Origin: Escherichia coli
Lineage (GTDB): Bacteria > Pseudomonadota > Gammaproteobacteria > Enterobacterales > Enterobacteriaceae
NCBI RefSeq assembly: GCF_001677475.2
Contig: NZ_CP015229.1
Reading direction: 5' to 3' (one strand)
DNA: 64,000 bases
Shown: positions 35,507 through 47,824 of the stretch, in pieces
Position numbering within the stretch: position 1 is the first letter of the stretch
Layout of the letters: every line of letters begins with the position of its first letter
The notes under the pieces: model-generated
Database searches by the model: none
Told to the model about the DNA's origin: nothing
The model's input: the letters and a program-made list of their open reading frames with translations, nothing else
Position numbers and translations under genes: made by a program

Positions 35507-36601
35507 ATGGGCGCTTATCTGATTCGCCGACTGTTGCTGGTGATCCCAACGTTATGGGCGATTATCACTATCAACTTTTTCATCGTGCAAATTGCGCCTG
35601 GCGGTCCGGTCGACCAGGCCATCGCCGCCATTGAGTTTGGTAATGCCGGAGTATTACCCGGCGCAGGCGGTGAAGGTGTTCGCGCCAGCCATGCGCAAAC
35701 GGGCGTCGGCAATATCAGCGACAGTAATTACCGTGGTGGACGCGGATTAGATCCAGAAGTGATCGCCGAGATCACTCATCGCTACGGTTTCGATAAGCCG
35801 ATCCACGAACGTTACTTCAAAATGCTCTGGGACTATATCCGCTTTGATTTTGGTGATAGCCTTTTTCGCAGCGCCTCGGTGCTGACGCTGATTAAAGACA
35901 GTCTGCCGGTTTCCATCACCCTCGGATTATGGAGCACGCTGATTATCTATCTGGTGTCGATTCCGTTAGGCATTCGCAAAGCTGTTTATAATGGTAGTCG
36001 CTTTGACGTCTGGAGTAGCGCATTTATCATCATCGGCTACGCCATTCCGGCCTTTTTGTTTGCCATCCTGCTGATTGTCTTCTTCGCAGGCGGCAGCTAT
36101 TTCGACCTGTTCCCTCTACGCGGCCTTGTTTCCGCTAACTTTGATTCGCTGCCGTGGTATCAGAAAATTACCGATTATCTGTGGCATATCACGCTGCCGG
36201 TGCTGGCGACAGTGATTGGCGGCTTTGCGGCGCTGACCATGCTGACAAAAAACTCATTCCTTGATGAAGTGCGCAAGCAATACGTGGTGACCGCCCGTGC
36301 GAAAGGGGTAAGTGAAAAAAATATTCTCTGGAAACATGTGTTCCGCAACGCCATGCTGCTGGTGATTGCCGGTTTTCCGGCGACGTTTATCAGCATGTTT
36401 TTTACCGGCTCGCTGCTGATTGAGGTGATGTTTTCACTCAATGGTCTTGGCTTACTGGGCTACGAAGCGACCGTCTCGCGCGATTATCCTGTAATGTTTG
36501 GTACCTTGTATATTTTCACCCTGATTGGCCTGCTGCTGAATATTGTTAGTGATATCAGCTATACGCTGGTCGATCCGCGTATAGATTTTGAGGGACGTTA
36601 A
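35507..36601 (+). CDS. yejB: YejABEF ABC transporter permease
   Basis: 364-aa membrane ORF, contiguous with yejA and yejE. Confidence 0.95.
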
Positions 36602-37626
36602 TGTCGCGACTCAGCCCCGTCAATCAGGCCCGTTGGGCGCGTTTTCGTCATAACCGTCGCGGTTACTGGTCGTTATGGATTTTCCTCGTCTTGTTTGGTT
36701 TGAGTTTGTGTTCTGAACTTATCGCCAACGATAAACCGTTGCTGGTGCGTTATGACGGCAGCTGGTATTTCCCGTTGCTGAAAAACTACAGCGAAAGCGA
36801 TTTTGGCGGCCCGCTGGCAAGCCAGGCTGATTATCAGGACCCGTGGCTGAAACAGCGGTTGGAAAATAACGGCTGGGTACTGTGGGCACCGATTCGCTTT
36901 GGCGCTACCAGTATCAACTTTTCTACTGACAAGCCCTTCCCCTCCCCACCCTCCCGGCAAAACTGGCTGGGAACGGATGCCAATGGCGGCGATGTGCTGG
37001 CGCGCATTCTCTATGGCACGCGGATCTCAGTTCTGTTTGGCCTGATGCTGACCCTCTGCTCCAGCGTGATGGGCGTGCTGGCGGGGGCGCTACAAGGCTA
37101 TTACGGCGGTAAAGTCGATCTCTGGGGGCAACGTTTTATTGAAGTATGGTCGGGGATGCCGACGCTGTTTTTGATTATTTTACTTTCCAGCGTCGTACAG
37201 CCTAACTTCTGGTGGCTGTTGGCAATTACCGTCTTGTTTGGCTGGATGAGTCTGGTCGGTGTGGTGCGGGCGGAGTTTTTACGTACCCGTAATTTCGACT
37301 ACATCCGCGCGGCGCAGGCGCTTGGCGTCAGCGATCGCAGTATCATCCTGCGTCATATGTTGCCAAATGCCATGGTCGCTACCCTCACCTTTTTACCGTT
37401 TATTTTATGTAGTTCGATCACCACCCTGACCTCACTCGATTTCCTCGGCTTCGGTCTGCCGCTCGGTTCACCGTCACTCGGCGAACTGCTGTTACAAGGG
37501 AAAAATAACCTTCAGGCCCCGTGGCTTGGGATCACCGCCTTCTTGTCGGTGGCGATATTGTTGTCTTTGCTGATCTTTATTGGTGAAGCCGTCCGCGACG
37601 CATTTGATCCTAATAAGGCGGTGTAG
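36601..37626 (+). CDS. yejE: YejABEF ABC transporter permease
   Basis: 341-aa membrane ORF whose start overlaps the yejB stop. Confidence 0.95.
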   Translation: MSRLSPVNQARWARFRHNRRGYWSLWIFLVLFGLSLCSELIANDKPLLVRYDGSWYFPLLKNYSESDFGGPLASQADYQDPWLKQRLENNGWVLWAPIRFGATSINFSTDKPFPSPPSRQNWLGTDANGGDVLARILYGTRISVLFGLMLTLCSSVMGVLAGALQGYYGGKVDLWGQRFIEVWSGMPTLFLIILLSSVVQPNFWWLLAITVLFGWMSLVGVVRAEFLRTRNFDYIRAAQALGVSDRSIILRHMLPNAMVATLTFLPFILCSSITTLTSLDFLGFGLPLGSPSLGELLLQGKNNLQAPWLGITAFLSVAILLSLLIFIGEAVRDAFDPNKAV

Positions 37627-37627
37627 C

Positions 37628-39217
37628 ATGACGCAAACTCTGTTAGCGATTGAAAATTTGTCGGTGGGTTTTCGCCATCAACAAACCGTACGTACAGTAG
37701 TCAATGATGTTTCACTACAGATTGAGGCTGGCGAAACGCTGGCGCTGGTGGGTGAGTCTGGTTCTGGCAAAAGCGTTACCGCGCTGTCAATTTTACGCCT
37801 GCTCCCTTCCCCGCCGGTTGAATATCTCTCCGGCGATATTCGTTTTCATGACGAATCGCTGCTTCATGCCAGCGACCAAACGTTGCGCGGTGTACGCGGT
37901 AATAAGATCGCCATGATTTTTCAGGAGCCGATGGTGTCATTAAATCCATTGCATACCCTGGAAAAACAGCTTTATGAAGTGCTTTCACTCCACCGCGGGA
38001 TGCGTCGGGAAGCGGCTCGTGGCGAAATTCTTAACTGCCTTGATCGCGTCGGTATCCGCCAGGCGGCAAAACGGCTGACAGATTATCCGCATCAGCTCTC
38101 CGGCGGCGAACGCCAGCGGGTGATGATTGCGATGGCGCTGTTAACGCGACCGGAATTATTAATTGCCGATGAACCGACCACCGCGCTGGACGTCTCTGTC
38201 CAGGCGCAGATTTTACAGCTGTTGCGCGAACTGCAAGGCGAGCTGAATATGGGTATGCTGTTTATTACTCATAACCTCAGCATTGTCAGAAAACTGGCCC
38301 ACCGCGTGGCGGTAATGCAAAACGGTCGCTGTGTCGAGCAAAATAACGCCGCTACGCTATTTGCCTCACCCACACATCCTTACACAAAAAAGCTACTCAA
38401 CAGTGAACCGTCAGGCGACCCGGTGCCATTGCCAGAACCTGCCTCAACGTTGCTAGATGTTGAACAGCTTCAGGTTGCCTTCCCCATTCGTAAAGGGATC
38501 TTGAAGCGCATTGTGGATCATAATGTGGTGGTGAAAAACATCAGTTTTACGCTACAGGCGGGTGAAACACTGGGTTTAGTAGGCGAGTCAGGTTCCGGGA
38601 AAAGCACGACGGGACTGGCGCTGCTGAGACTGATTAACTCTCAGGGCAGCATTATCTTTGACGGTCAGCCACTGCAAAATTTAAATCGCCGCCAGCTGTT
38701 ACCTATTCGTCATCGCATTCAGGTGGTATTTCAGGATCCAAACTCCTCGCTCAACCCACGACTCAACGTTTTGCAGATTATTGAGGAAGGCTTACGGGTT
38801 CACCAGCCGACGCTTTCTGCCGCACAACGCGAACAACAAGTGATAGCCGTGATGCATGAAGTGGGATTAGATCCTGAAACACGCCACCGTTATCCGGCGG
38901 AGTTCTCTGGTGGTCAGCGGCAACGTATTGCGATTGCCAGGGCGTTAATTCTTAAGCCCTCGCTGATCATTCTTGATGAACCAACATCATCGCTCGACAA
39001 AACGGTACAGGCGCAAATATTGACGCTATTGAAATCATTGCAACAAAAGCATCAATTGGCCTATTTGTTTATCAGTCACGATTTGCACGTTGTCCGCGCG
39101 TTATGTCATCAGGTTATCGTACTGCGACAAGGGGAAGTAGTGGAACAAGGACCGTGCGCGCGCGTGTTTGCCGCACCGCAGCAGGAGTATACGCGTCAGC
39201 TACTGGCGTTGAGCTGA
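37628..39217 (+). CDS. yejF: YejABEF ABC transporter duplicated ATPase
   Basis: 529-aa ORF from [15 protein letters not shown] with two Walker A motifs (GESGSGKS twice) and two LSGG(E/Q)RQR signatures. Confidence 0.95.
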   Translation: MTQTLLAIENLSVGFRHQQTVRTVVNDVSLQIEAGETLALVGESGSGKSVTALSILRLLPSPPVEYLSGDIRFHDESLLHASDQTLRGVRGNKIAMIFQEPMVSLNPLHTLEKQLYEVLSLHRGMRREAARGEILNCLDRVGIRQAAKRLTDYPHQLSGGERQRVMIAMALLTRPELLIADEPTTALDVSVQAQILQLLRELQGELNMGMLFITHNLSIVRKLAHRVAVMQNGRCVEQNNAATLFASPTHPYTKKLLNSEPSGDPVPLPEPASTLLDVEQLQVAFPIRKGILKRIVDHNVVVKNISFTLQAGETLGLVGESGSGKSTTGLALLRLINSQGSIIFDGQPLQNLNRRQLLPIRHRIQVVFQDPNSSLNPRLNVLQIIEEGLRVHQPTLSAAQREQQVIAVMHEVGLDPETRHRYPAEFSGGQRQRIAIARALILKPSLIILDEPTSSLDKTVQAQILTLLKSLQQKHQLAYLFISHDLHVVRALCHQVIVLRQGEVVEQGPCARVFAAPQQEYTRQLLALS

Positions 39218-39220
39218 CGC

Positions 39221-39565
39221 TTAAAAAGGATTGTAGTTTGAGAAGGGTTCGGCAATTGCCACACCAAAATTTTTCAATCGGCATGTTGCAGCAAACTCGT
39301 CCTGGCGATTTACAAACAGGCACGGCTCACCTTCACACTCCAGTACCGAGCATGGAACTTCGATGTCGCTTAACGCCTGGCTTAGTTTGTACATCACCGA
39401 CCATGCATTATCACCATCCGGGCTAAGCAATTTAAGCGCCACCAGGCTGTTGTCACCGCACGGTCCATTTTGCGGAATCGGTTCAACCTTCGAACCTGCG
39501 AAACCAGCAGACCAGCGATAGTTCTGCGGCAGTCGATGGACGATTGAGAGTTGTAATGAAGTCAC
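39221..39565 (-). CDS. yejG: Uncharacterised protein YejG
   Basis: 114-aa [27 protein letters not shown]... at the K-12 yejG position. Confidence 0.88.
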
Positions 39566-39897
39566 TTATTTTCCCCGGAAGCACATTTACTTCACAATTT
39601 GTTTACATCAATTTTAACACATCATCAACAATCCGTCTTTATACAGATCGTAAAGATTGATGCCTCGCCAGCGTGGCCTCTATGGCTCTGATTTAAATAA
39701 TATCTGCGGGCGTGGTCACGTTTGCGGGGCTATATGTACCCGTTTCTGCGATCTAACTCAACCTTTTTAACTACAATGATGTGACTTTTTACACAAATTG
39801 ATTTTACATAAAATAAACATATATCGGGGGAATGATGGATTTGTGGTTGACATGCATCAACAAAGGAAGCCTTTTAGCTTCCTCGTTGTGCAATAGA

Positions 39898-41088
39898 TCA
39901 CCGTTTTTTCGGCCGACTGGCGTACAGACAGAAGAGAATGGAGCTGGTTGCGCAGAATGCAATTGACCAAATCATCGGCCATGCAGAATTAAAGGTCGCA
40001 AGAGAAAGCAATGCGCCAACAATTGCCCCTATGCCAAAACGGAAGGTTCCTGCCAGCGAAGATGCCGTTCCCGCCATATGGGGAAACTCATCAAGAATGA
40101 CCGCCATCGCATTAGATGACACCATCGACACGCAGCCCACAAACGCCGCAACGCCAACCACCAGCGACCAGAATCCCAGCCCCAGCAGCGCACTGATGAC
40201 CATCCACGCCGCCATAATAAACTGTATCCACAACCCCGAGCGGAACATATTTAACGCGCCAATGCGGCGAACGAAGCGGCTGTTAAAGATGGTCATCACG
40301 AACAGGAAAACAATGTTTAGCGCAAAGTAATAACCAAAGTTTTCCGGCGCGACGTGGTTAATTTCAATGTAGACAAACGGTCCGGCGCTCAGGAACGAGA
40401 ACATTCCGGCAAAGCTGAAACCGCTGGCCAGCATATAACTCAGGACACGCTTATGACGGAACAGCGCCGCAAAGTTACCAATAGTGGTACGAATGTGAAA
40501 AGGCTGGCGACGCTCCGGTGGTAAGGTTTCTTTGATCAGAAAGAAGATCATTGCCGAAGCCAGAATCGCCGCCACGGCGAGGATCCAGAAGATGTAATGC
40601 CAGCTCAGCCACACCAGCACCCAACCGCCAACTATCGGTGCCATCAGCGGTGCAATGGTCGTCACCAGCATGACAAACGACATCATCCGGGAGAACTCTT
40701 CTTTCGGGTAGATATCACGCATTAAAGCGTTGATAACCACGCTGGCCGCAGCCGCAGCCAGACCGTGGAAGAAACGCATCACAATCAGCTGATCGATGGT
40801 TTGTGCCAGCGCACACGCCACCGCGGCGGCGGCAAACACCAGCGTACCGCCAAGAACCACCGGCTTACGCCCGAAGCTGTCTGCCATCGGCCCGTAGATT
40901 AACTGCCCCAACGCAAAGCCCAGAATATAAGTACTGAGGGTCATCTGCGTACTGCCCGCCGATACGCCAAATTGCGCTGAAATTACCGGTAGCGCGGGCA
41001 GATACATATCAATCGACAGCGGCATCAACATGGCCAGCAGGCCAAGGATAAAAACAATAGCAAACGACGAATGCTGTCGGGTGGTCAC
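39898..41088 (-). CDS. bcr: Bicyclomycin/multidrug efflux MFS transporter
   Basis: 396-aa 12-TM ORF matching Bcr. Confidence 0.95.
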   Translation of the reverse strand: MTTRQHSSFAIVFILGLLAMLMPLSIDMYLPALPVISAQFGVSAGSTQMTLSTYILGFALGQLIYGPMADSFGRKPVVLGGTLVFAAAAVACALAQTIDQLIVMRFFHGLAAAAASVVINALMRDIYPKEEFSRMMSFVMLVTTIAPLMAPIVGGWVLVWLSWHYIFWILAVAAILASAMIFFLIKETLPPERRQPFHIRTTIGNFAALFRHKRVLSYMLASGFSFAGMFSFLSAGPFVYIEINHVAPENFGYYFALNIVFLFVMTIFNSRFVRRIGALNMFRSGLWIQFIMAAWMVISALLGLGFWSLVVGVAAFVGCVSMVSSNAMAVILDEFPHMAGTASSLAGTFRFGIGAIVGALLSLATFNSAWPMIWSIAFCATSSILFCLYASRPKKR

Positions 41089-41115
41089 AACGGGCTCCTG
41101 AAAGTCATTGAAAAG

Positions 41116-41811
41116 TTAGACGACGCTGGCAATTTCTTCTTCAGTTAACGGACGATATTCACCGGGTGCTAAATCAGCATCCAGCGTAATGCCGCCAATA
41201 CGTTCACGATGCAGCTCAACCACGTGGTTACCCACGGCGGCGAACATGCGTTTCACCTGATGATAACGCCCTTCGCTGATGGTCAGACGAACCTGCGTTG
41301 GGGTAATCACTTCCAGCACCGCCGGCTTAGTGAGATCTTTTTCGTTATGCAGCTGCACGCCTTTAGCAAATTGCTCTGCCGTATCGTCAGCTACGGGGGA
41401 TTCCAGCGTCACCAGATAGGTCTTCTCGCAATGATGGCGCGGAGAAGTAATGCGGTGCGACCACTGACCATCATCTGTCATCAGCACCAGACCGGTGGTA
41501 TCGATATCCAGACGCCCTGCGGCGTGCAGTTTCCACGCTACCGGTTCATCCAGAAAATAGAGCACCGTTGGGTGATCCGGGTCGTCCGTGGAGCAAACAT
41601 AGCCCTGAGGCTTATTGAGCATGAAGTAACGTGGGCCGTGTTGCTGCGCCAGCGGGTTGCCATCGTAAGCGACATCATGTTCAGGAAGCAGTTTGAACGC
41701 TGCATTACGGACGATTTCGCCATCAACGGTGACACGATTGCCGCGGATTTCACGCCCGGCAATAGCACGGCTAACGCCGAGTTGCTGTGCGATAAATTTA
41801 TCAAGTCGCAT
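41116..41811 (-). CDS. rsuA: 16S rRNA pseudouridine-516 synthase
   Basis: I chose the start [22 protein letters not shown] (S4 domain) giving 231 aa, with the RLD(I/K)DTTG catalytic motif. The longest ORF extends 32 unsupported codons further. Confidence 0.94.
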
Positions 41812-41960
41812 GTGTGTGATTTTGCCTGTAAAAAACGGAGGTCGGGTAAAGACCCGAAAATCTGAACTGTTGTCTGCCCAGTATAGCGGTCTAATAACTT
41901 CCCTCAAGGGAAAAAGATCCGTGGCATACTATTAGCAGAATAATCTACCTACGCGAGACC

Positions 41961-43721
41961 ATGATTTTTACACTCCGTCCATATCAGCAAGAAGCCGTGG
42001 ATGCCACGCTCAACCATTTTCGTCGCCATAAAACCCCTGCCGTTATCGTGCTGCCCACCGGTGCAGGTAAAAGCCTGGTGATAGCGGAACTGGCGCGGCT
42101 GGCTCGTGGTCGCGTGCTGGTGCTGGCACACGTTAAAGAACTGGTGGCGCAAAACCATGCAAAATATCAGGCGCTGGGGCTGGAAGCCGATATTTTTGCC
42201 GCCGGGCTAAAGCGCAAAGAGAGCCACGGTAAAGTGGTATTTGGCAGCGTGCAGTCGGTCGCCCGTAATCTTGATGCCTTTCAGGGCGAATTTTCGCTGT
42301 TGATTGTCGATGAATGCCACCGTATTGGTGACGATGAAGAGAGCCAGTATCAGCAAATCCTCACTCACCTGACCAAAGTGAATCCCCACTTACGCCTGCT
42401 GGGGCTGACTGCCACGCCTTTTCGACTGGGCAAAGGCTGGATTTATCAGTTCCATTATCACGGCATGGTACGCGGGGATGAGAAAGCCCTTTTCCGTGAC
42501 TGCATTTATGAGCTGCCGCTGCGTTATATGATTAAACACGGCTATCTGACGCCGCCAGAACGGCTGGATATGCCGGTAGTGCAATACGATTTCAGCCGCT
42601 TGCAGGCACAGAGTAACGGGCTGTTCAGCGAAGCCGATCTCAACCGCGAGCTGAAAAAACAGCAACGCATTACCCCGCACATCATCAGCCAGATCATGGA
42701 GTTTGCCGCAACGCGCAAAGGAGTGATGATTTTCGCCGCCACCGTTGAACACGCCAAGGAGATAGTGGGACTGCTGCCTGCCGAAGATGCAGCACTGATT
42801 ACTGGCGACACACCCGGCGCTGAGCGCGATGTGTTGATTGAAGATTTTAAAGCCCAGCGTTTTCGCTATCTGGTCAACGTCGCGGTACTGACCACCGGAT
42901 TTGACGCCCCACACGTCGATCTTATTGCTATTCTGCGCCCTACCGAATCGGTGAGTCTTTACCAACAAATTGTCGGGCGCGGTCTGCGTCTGGCTCCAGG
43001 CAAGACTGATTGCTTAATTCTTGATTATGCGGGTAATCCTCACGATCTCTACGCGCCGGAGGTCGGTACACCAAAAGGCAAAAGTGACAACGTCCCGGTA
43101 CAGGTTTTCTGCCCTGCCTGCGGTTTTGCCAACACCTTTTGGGGGAAAACGACCGCTGACGGGACATTGATTGAACACTTTGGTCGTCGTTGTCAGGGAT
43201 GGTTTGAAGATGACGACGGTCATCGAGAACAGTGTGACTTCCGTTTCCGTTTTAAAAATTGCCCGCAATGTAACGCAGAAAATGATATTGCCGCCCGCCG
43301 CTGCCGCGAATGTGACACCATACTGGTTGATCCAGACGACATGTTAAAAGCGGCGCTACGACTGAAAGACGCGCTGGTATTACGCTGTAGCGGTATGTCT
43401 TTGCAGCATGGGCACGATGAGAAAGGCGAATGGTTGAAAATTACCTATTACGATGAAGACGGCGCGGATGTGAGTGAGCGTTTCCGTCTACAAACGCCCG
43501 CCCAGCGTACCGCCTTCGAACAACTTTTTATCCGTCCGCATACGCGCACACCGGGCATCCCTCTGCGCTGGATCACCGCTGCCGATATCCTCGCCCAGCA
43601 AGCCTTATTGCGACACCCGGATTTTGTCGTCGCCCGCATGAAAGGCCAGTACTGGCAAGTGCGTGAAAAAGTGTTCGATTACGAAGGTCGTTTTCGTCGG
43701 GCGCACGAATTACGCGGTTAA
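41961..43721 (+). CDS. radD: SF2 DNA-repair helicase/ATPase RadD
   Basis: 586-aa ORF with Walker A PTGAGKS, a DECH box and a C-terminal zinc-ribbon cysteines cluster. It matches RadD (YejH). Confidence 0.94.
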   Translation: MIFTLRPYQQEAVDATLNHFRRHKTPAVIVLPTGAGKSLVIAELARLARGRVLVLAHVKELVAQNHAKYQALGLEADIFAAGLKRKESHGKVVFGSVQSVARNLDAFQGEFSLLIVDECHRIGDDEESQYQQILTHLTKVNPHLRLLGLTATPFRLGKGWIYQFHYHGMVRGDEKALFRDCIYELPLRYMIKHGYLTPPERLDMPVVQYDFSRLQAQSNGLFSEADLNRELKKQQRITPHIISQIMEFAATRKGVMIFAATVEHAKEIVGLLPAEDAALITGDTPGAERDVLIEDFKAQRFRYLVNVAVLTTGFDAPHVDLIAILRPTESVSLYQQIVGRGLRLAPGKTDCLILDYAGNPHDLYAPEVGTPKGKSDNVPVQVFCPACGFANTFWGKTTADGTLIEHFGRRCQGWFEDDDGHREQCDFRFRFKNCPQCNAENDIAARRCRECDTILVDPDDMLKAALRLKDALVLRCSGMSLQHGHDEKGEWLKITYYDEDGADVSERFRLQTPAQRTAFEQLFIRPHTRTPGIPLRWITAADILAQQALLRHPDFVVARMKGQYWQVREKVFDYEGRFRRAHELRG

Positions 43722-43737
43722 TGGTAGTTTTGATTGA

Positions 43738-44130
<393 letters not shown>

Positions 44131-44146
44131 TTGCTGAATAAGTTGT

Positions 44147-44174
44147 AAAAAACCCCGCTCCGGCGGGGTTTTTT
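44147..44174 (+). terminator. Rho-independent terminator of rplY
   Basis: AAAAAACCCCGC-TCCG-GCGGGGTTTTTT, a perfect GC stem plus T6. Confidence 0.9.
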
Positions 44175-44219
44175 GTATCTGCAGATTATACCTGATTACG
44201 GTATTGCTATTTTTTGCAG

Positions 44220-44249
44220 GCCAGATAAGGCGTTCACGCCGCATCTGGC
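44220..44249. repeat. REP element
   Basis: GCCAGATAAGGCGTTCACGCCGCATCTGGC is a classical REP-like palindrome between rplY and yejK. Confidence 0.7.
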
Positions 44250-44268
44250 ATTCATAACACAAAACCGA

Positions 44269-45276
44269 TTAATTGCCGCCGGACGTCCGGCGCTGCAATT
44301 GATCGCGCAGGTTCGGCGGCGTGCCTTTAATGGTCAGGGTATCGGTCGCCGGATCCCAGAAGATGCGTTCACCTAAAAGCATCGCATCAAAGTTAATAGT
44401 CAAGCCACCGCCGCTACCGGCAAACTTCGTCAACTGACGCAGTGTGCTACGGTCTGCCGGGAAGCTCTCTTCCAGTTCGTAGCCTTTTTCAGCCGCAAAC
44501 TCCGTGAAGCTCACTTCGCTGACGCCTGCCAGCTCTTTCGACAGCGATTCCAGTTCAATCTCTTCACCTGCCTGCAGCTGCTCATTACAGTAGCTATAAA
44601 CCTGCTGGCGCACGTTCTGTCGCTCTGCTTTATCCAGTTGTGCTTCGGCAGTGAAATCATCGACCGCTTGCAATAGTCCACGGTTTTGCGCTTTCGCGTT
44701 CAACCCTTCGCTGGCACCGAGGAAATCCATAAAGAAATCCGCCACTTTGCGCCCTACTCGTCCTTTCAGGAAAGTGAGATAGCGGGTCGACTCTGGATTG
44801 GTTTCCCATTCGGTTAAATCGATACGCGCAACAATATCCGCATGATTGATATCAAGATAATGGGTTGGGTTGATGTCGAGATTTTCGTTAACGCGCATAC
44901 TGCTCAGGTTGCTCAGAACTGCCACCAGCAAATACTCCACCGCCAGATAGCGATAGTGGCAAAACAGCACGAATCCACCGTCAGCAAAAGGATATTTCGC
45001 TAATTCGTCACGCAGGCGACCGGTTGCCGCGCGGCTAAATGCCAGAAAGTCCTCTTCGCCCTGACGCTGTAAGCGCAGCGTCTGCGCCAGTTCACTCTCT
45101 TCGCTAAACAAGCCGTAAGCTTTATTTTTGGCGCTATAGACCCGATGCAGTTCTGCCACCATCTCAACGACGGTTTCCGTCGGTTCCAGCAATGAATCGC
45201 GCAACACCAGCTCAAGGTTCTGCTCATCACGCTTGATAAGCTGGTGCAGAGCAATCTGGTTGATATCCAGACTCAT
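44269..45276 (-). CDS. yejK: Nucleoid-associated protein YejK (NdpA)
   Basis: 335-aa [33 protein letters not shown]... matching YejK. Confidence 0.96.
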
Positions 45277-45457
45277 GATAAACTCTCCTTTAAGACCGGG
45301 CGGTATTCAACCACCGCCGGTTAAGCGACGCAATAAAAGATGGCGGTCATTTTACAGAAGGCGGCGTAACGAGAATGATTTAACGCATAAAAAAGCAGAA
45401 AAAAAACCGTTGCTACGGTAATATGTTGCCCTTTCATCAACTAACTGATTTCGATTT

Positions 45458-45685
45458 ATGCCACAAATTTCCCGCTACAGTGATGAACAGGTTGAACAAT
45501 TGCTCGCAGAGCTGCTCAACGTACTGGAAAAACATAAGGCTCCGACCGACCTTTCCCTGATGGTGTTAGGCAACATGGTCACTAACCTTATCAACACCAG
45601 CATTGCCCCGGCCCAACGCCAGGCAATTGCCAACTCTTTTGCCCGCGCCTTACAGTCCTCTATCAACGAAGACAAAGCGCACTAA
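45458..45685 (+). CDS. yejL: UPF0352 protein YejL
   Basis: 75-aa [35 protein letters not shown]... matching YejL. Confidence 0.93.
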
Positions 45686-45704
45686 GGGAAACAGATAACA
45701 GGTT

Positions 45705-47465
45705 ATGGTAACTCATCGTCAGCGCTACCGTGAAAAAGTCTCCCAGATGGTCAGTTGGGGGCACTGGTTTGCACTGTTCAATATTCTGCTTTCGCTCGTC
45801 ATTGGCAGCCGTTACCTGTTTATCGCCGACTGGCCGACAACGCTTGCTGGTCGCATTTATTCCTACGTAAGCATTATCGGCCATTTCAGCTTCCTGGTGT
45901 TCGCCACCTACTTGCTGATCCTCTTCCCGCTGACCTTTATCGTCGGCTCCCAGAGGCTGATGAGGTTTTTGTCCGTCATTCTGGCAACGGCGGGAATGAC
46001 ACTATTACTGATCGATAGCGAAGTCTTTACTCGTTTCCATCTCCATCTTAATCCCATCGTCTGGCAACTGGTTATTAACCCAGACGAAAATGAGATGGCG
46101 CGCGACTGGCAGCTGATGTTCATCAGCGTGCCGGTTATTTTATTGCTTGAACTGGTGTTTGCGACGTGGAGCTGGCAAAAGCTGCGCAGCCTGACGCGTC
46201 GTCGACGCTTCGCGCGCCCGCTGGCCGCATTCTTATTTATCGCCTTTATCGCCTCGCATGTGGTGTATATCTGGGCCGATGCCAACTTCTATCGCCCGAT
46301 CACCATGCAGCGCGCTAACCTGCCGCTTTCGTACCCGATGACGGCGCGACGTTTTCTTGAGAAGCATGGTCTGCTTGATGCGCAGGAGTATCAACGCCGT
46401 CTTATTGAGCAAGGTAATCCAGACGCCGTTTCCGTTCAGTATCCGTTAAGCGAACTGCGCTATCGCGATATGGGCACCGGGCAGAATGTGCTGTTGATTA
46501 CTGTCGATGGCCTGAACTACTCACGCTTCGAGAAGCAGATGCCTGCACTGGCAGGTTTTGCTGAGCAAAATATTTCGTTCACGCGCCATATGAGCTCCGG
46601 CAACACTACAGACAACGGCATCTTTGGCCTGTTCTATGGCATCTCGCCGAGCTATATGGACGGCATTCTGTCGACCCGTACCCCTGCGGCGTTAATTACT
46701 GCGCTTAATCAGCAAGGCTATCAGCTGGGGTTATTCTCGTCGGATGGCTTTACCAGCCCGCTGTATCGCCAGGCATTGTTGTCAGATTTCTCGATGCCGA
46801 GCGTACGCACCCAATCTGACGATCAGACCGCCACGCAGTGGATCAACTGGCTGGGCCGCTACGCACAAGAAGATAACCGCTGGTTCTCGTGGGTTTCTTT
46901 CAATGGCACTAACATTGACGACAGCAATCAGCAGGCATTTGCACGGAAATATAGCCGGGCGGCAGGCAATGTCGATGACCAGATCAACCGCGTGCTCAAT
47001 GCACTGCGTGATTCTGGCAAACTGGACAATACGGTGGTGATTATCACTGCCGGTCGGGGTATTCCACTGAGCGAAGAGGAAGAAACCTTTGACTGGTCCC
47101 ACGGTCATCTGCAGGTGCCATTAGTGATTCACTGGCCAGGTACGCCGGCGCAGCGTATTAATGCTCTGACTGATCATACCGATCTGATGACGACGCTGAT
47201 GCAACGCCTGCTACATGTCAGCACACCTGCCAGCGAATATTCGCAAGGTCAGGATTTGTTCAACCCTCAACGCCGTCATTACTGGGTTACCGCCGCGGAT
47301 AACGATACGCTGGCAATTACCACCCCGAAAAAGACGCTGGTGCTGAACAATAACGGTAAATACCGTACTTACAACTTACGTGGTGAAAGAGTGAAAGATG
47401 AAAAACCACAGTTAAGTTTGTTATTGCAAGTGCTGACAGACGAGAAGCGTTTTATCGCTAACTGA
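45705..47465 (+). CDS. yejM: Essential inner-membrane LPS/cardiolipin homeostasis protein YejM (PbgA/LapC)
   Basis: 586-aa ORF with five N-terminal TM helices plus a periplasmic sulfatase-like domain. It matches YejM. Confidence 0.95.
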   Translation: MVTHRQRYREKVSQMVSWGHWFALFNILLSLVIGSRYLFIADWPTTLAGRIYSYVSIIGHFSFLVFATYLLILFPLTFIVGSQRLMRFLSVILATAGMTLLLIDSEVFTRFHLHLNPIVWQLVINPDENEMARDWQLMFISVPVILLLELVFATWSWQKLRSLTRRRRFARPLAAFLFIAFIASHVVYIWADANFYRPITMQRANLPLSYPMTARRFLEKHGLLDAQEYQRRLIEQGNPDAVSVQYPLSELRYRDMGTGQNVLLITVDGLNYSRFEKQMPALAGFAEQNISFTRHMSSGNTTDNGIFGLFYGISPSYMDGILSTRTPAALITALNQQGYQLGLFSSDGFTSPLYRQALLSDFSMPSVRTQSDDQTATQWINWLGRYAQEDNRWFSWVSFNGTNIDDSNQQAFARKYSRAAGNVDDQINRVLNALRDSGKLDNTVVIITAGRGIPLSEEEETFDWSHGHLQVPLVIHWPGTPAQRINALTDHTDLMTTLMQRLLHVSTPASEYSQGQDLFNPQRRHYWVTAADNDTLAITTPKKTLVLNNNGKYRTYNLRGERVKDEKPQLSLLLQVLTDEKRFIAN

Positions 47466-47539
47466 TTAATTATAAATCAGTTAGCGAAATATCTTACTTG
47501 CAATCGGTGTGGAAAACGGTAGTATTAGCAGCCACGAGT

Positions 47540-47616
47540 CGGCACGTAGCGCAGCCTGGTAGCGCACCGTCATGGGGTGTCGGGGGTCGGAGGTTCAAAT
47601 CCTCTCGTGCCGACCA
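47540..47616 (+). tRNA. proL: tRNA-Pro (anticodon GGG)
   Basis: 77-nt CGGCACGTAGCGCAGCCTGGTAGCGCACCGTCATGGGGTGTCGGGGGTCGGAGGTTCAAATCCTCTCGTGCCGACCA. It has a 7-bp acceptor stem (CGGCACG/CGTGCCG), the T-loop GGTTCAAATCC, the anticodon loop U-GGG-G and an encoded CCA. Confidence 0.97.
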
Positions 47617-47618
47617 AA
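47602..47618 (+). repeat. attL core (direct repeat formed by the 3' end of proL)
   Basis: CTCTCGTGCCGACCAAA is identical to 58597-58613. Extended to 21 bp (AATCCTCTCG... versus AATACTCTCG...) there is one mismatch. Confidence 0.9.
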
Positions 47619-47652
47619 TCGCCCACCGGAAAGCACCGAATAAGACAGGGAT

Positions 47653-47686
47653 AACCCGCTAATCACTTGATTGGCGGGTTTTTTTA
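47653..47686 (+). terminator. Island-borne rho-independent terminator downstream of proL
   Basis: AACCCGC-(14 nt)-GCGGGTT followed by TTTTTTT. It replaces the native proL terminator, which now lies after attR (58621-58651). Confidence 0.7.
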
Positions 47687-47739
47687 TGGTTTTTAGTCAC
47701 CGAACATCACCGGATTTATAAGCTATCAGCCGGATTTTT

Positions 47740-47791
47740 TAGTTATACGTTTAGTTATACGGGCTGGCGTATAACTAAAGCCGTATAACTA
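47740..47791. promoter_or_regulatory. Putative integrase arm-type binding sites / int promoter region (attL arm)
   Basis: The 10-mer TAGTTATACG occurs twice directly (47740, 47752) and twice inverted as CGTATAACTA (47768, 47782), 34-85 bp upstream of the int ATG. Related AAGCTAT(C/A) motifs occur at 47720 and near attR (58514-58535). Confidence 0.6.
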
Positions 47792-47824
47792 AAACCCTGT
47801 TTTTTCGTGTGGAATCATAGACAT

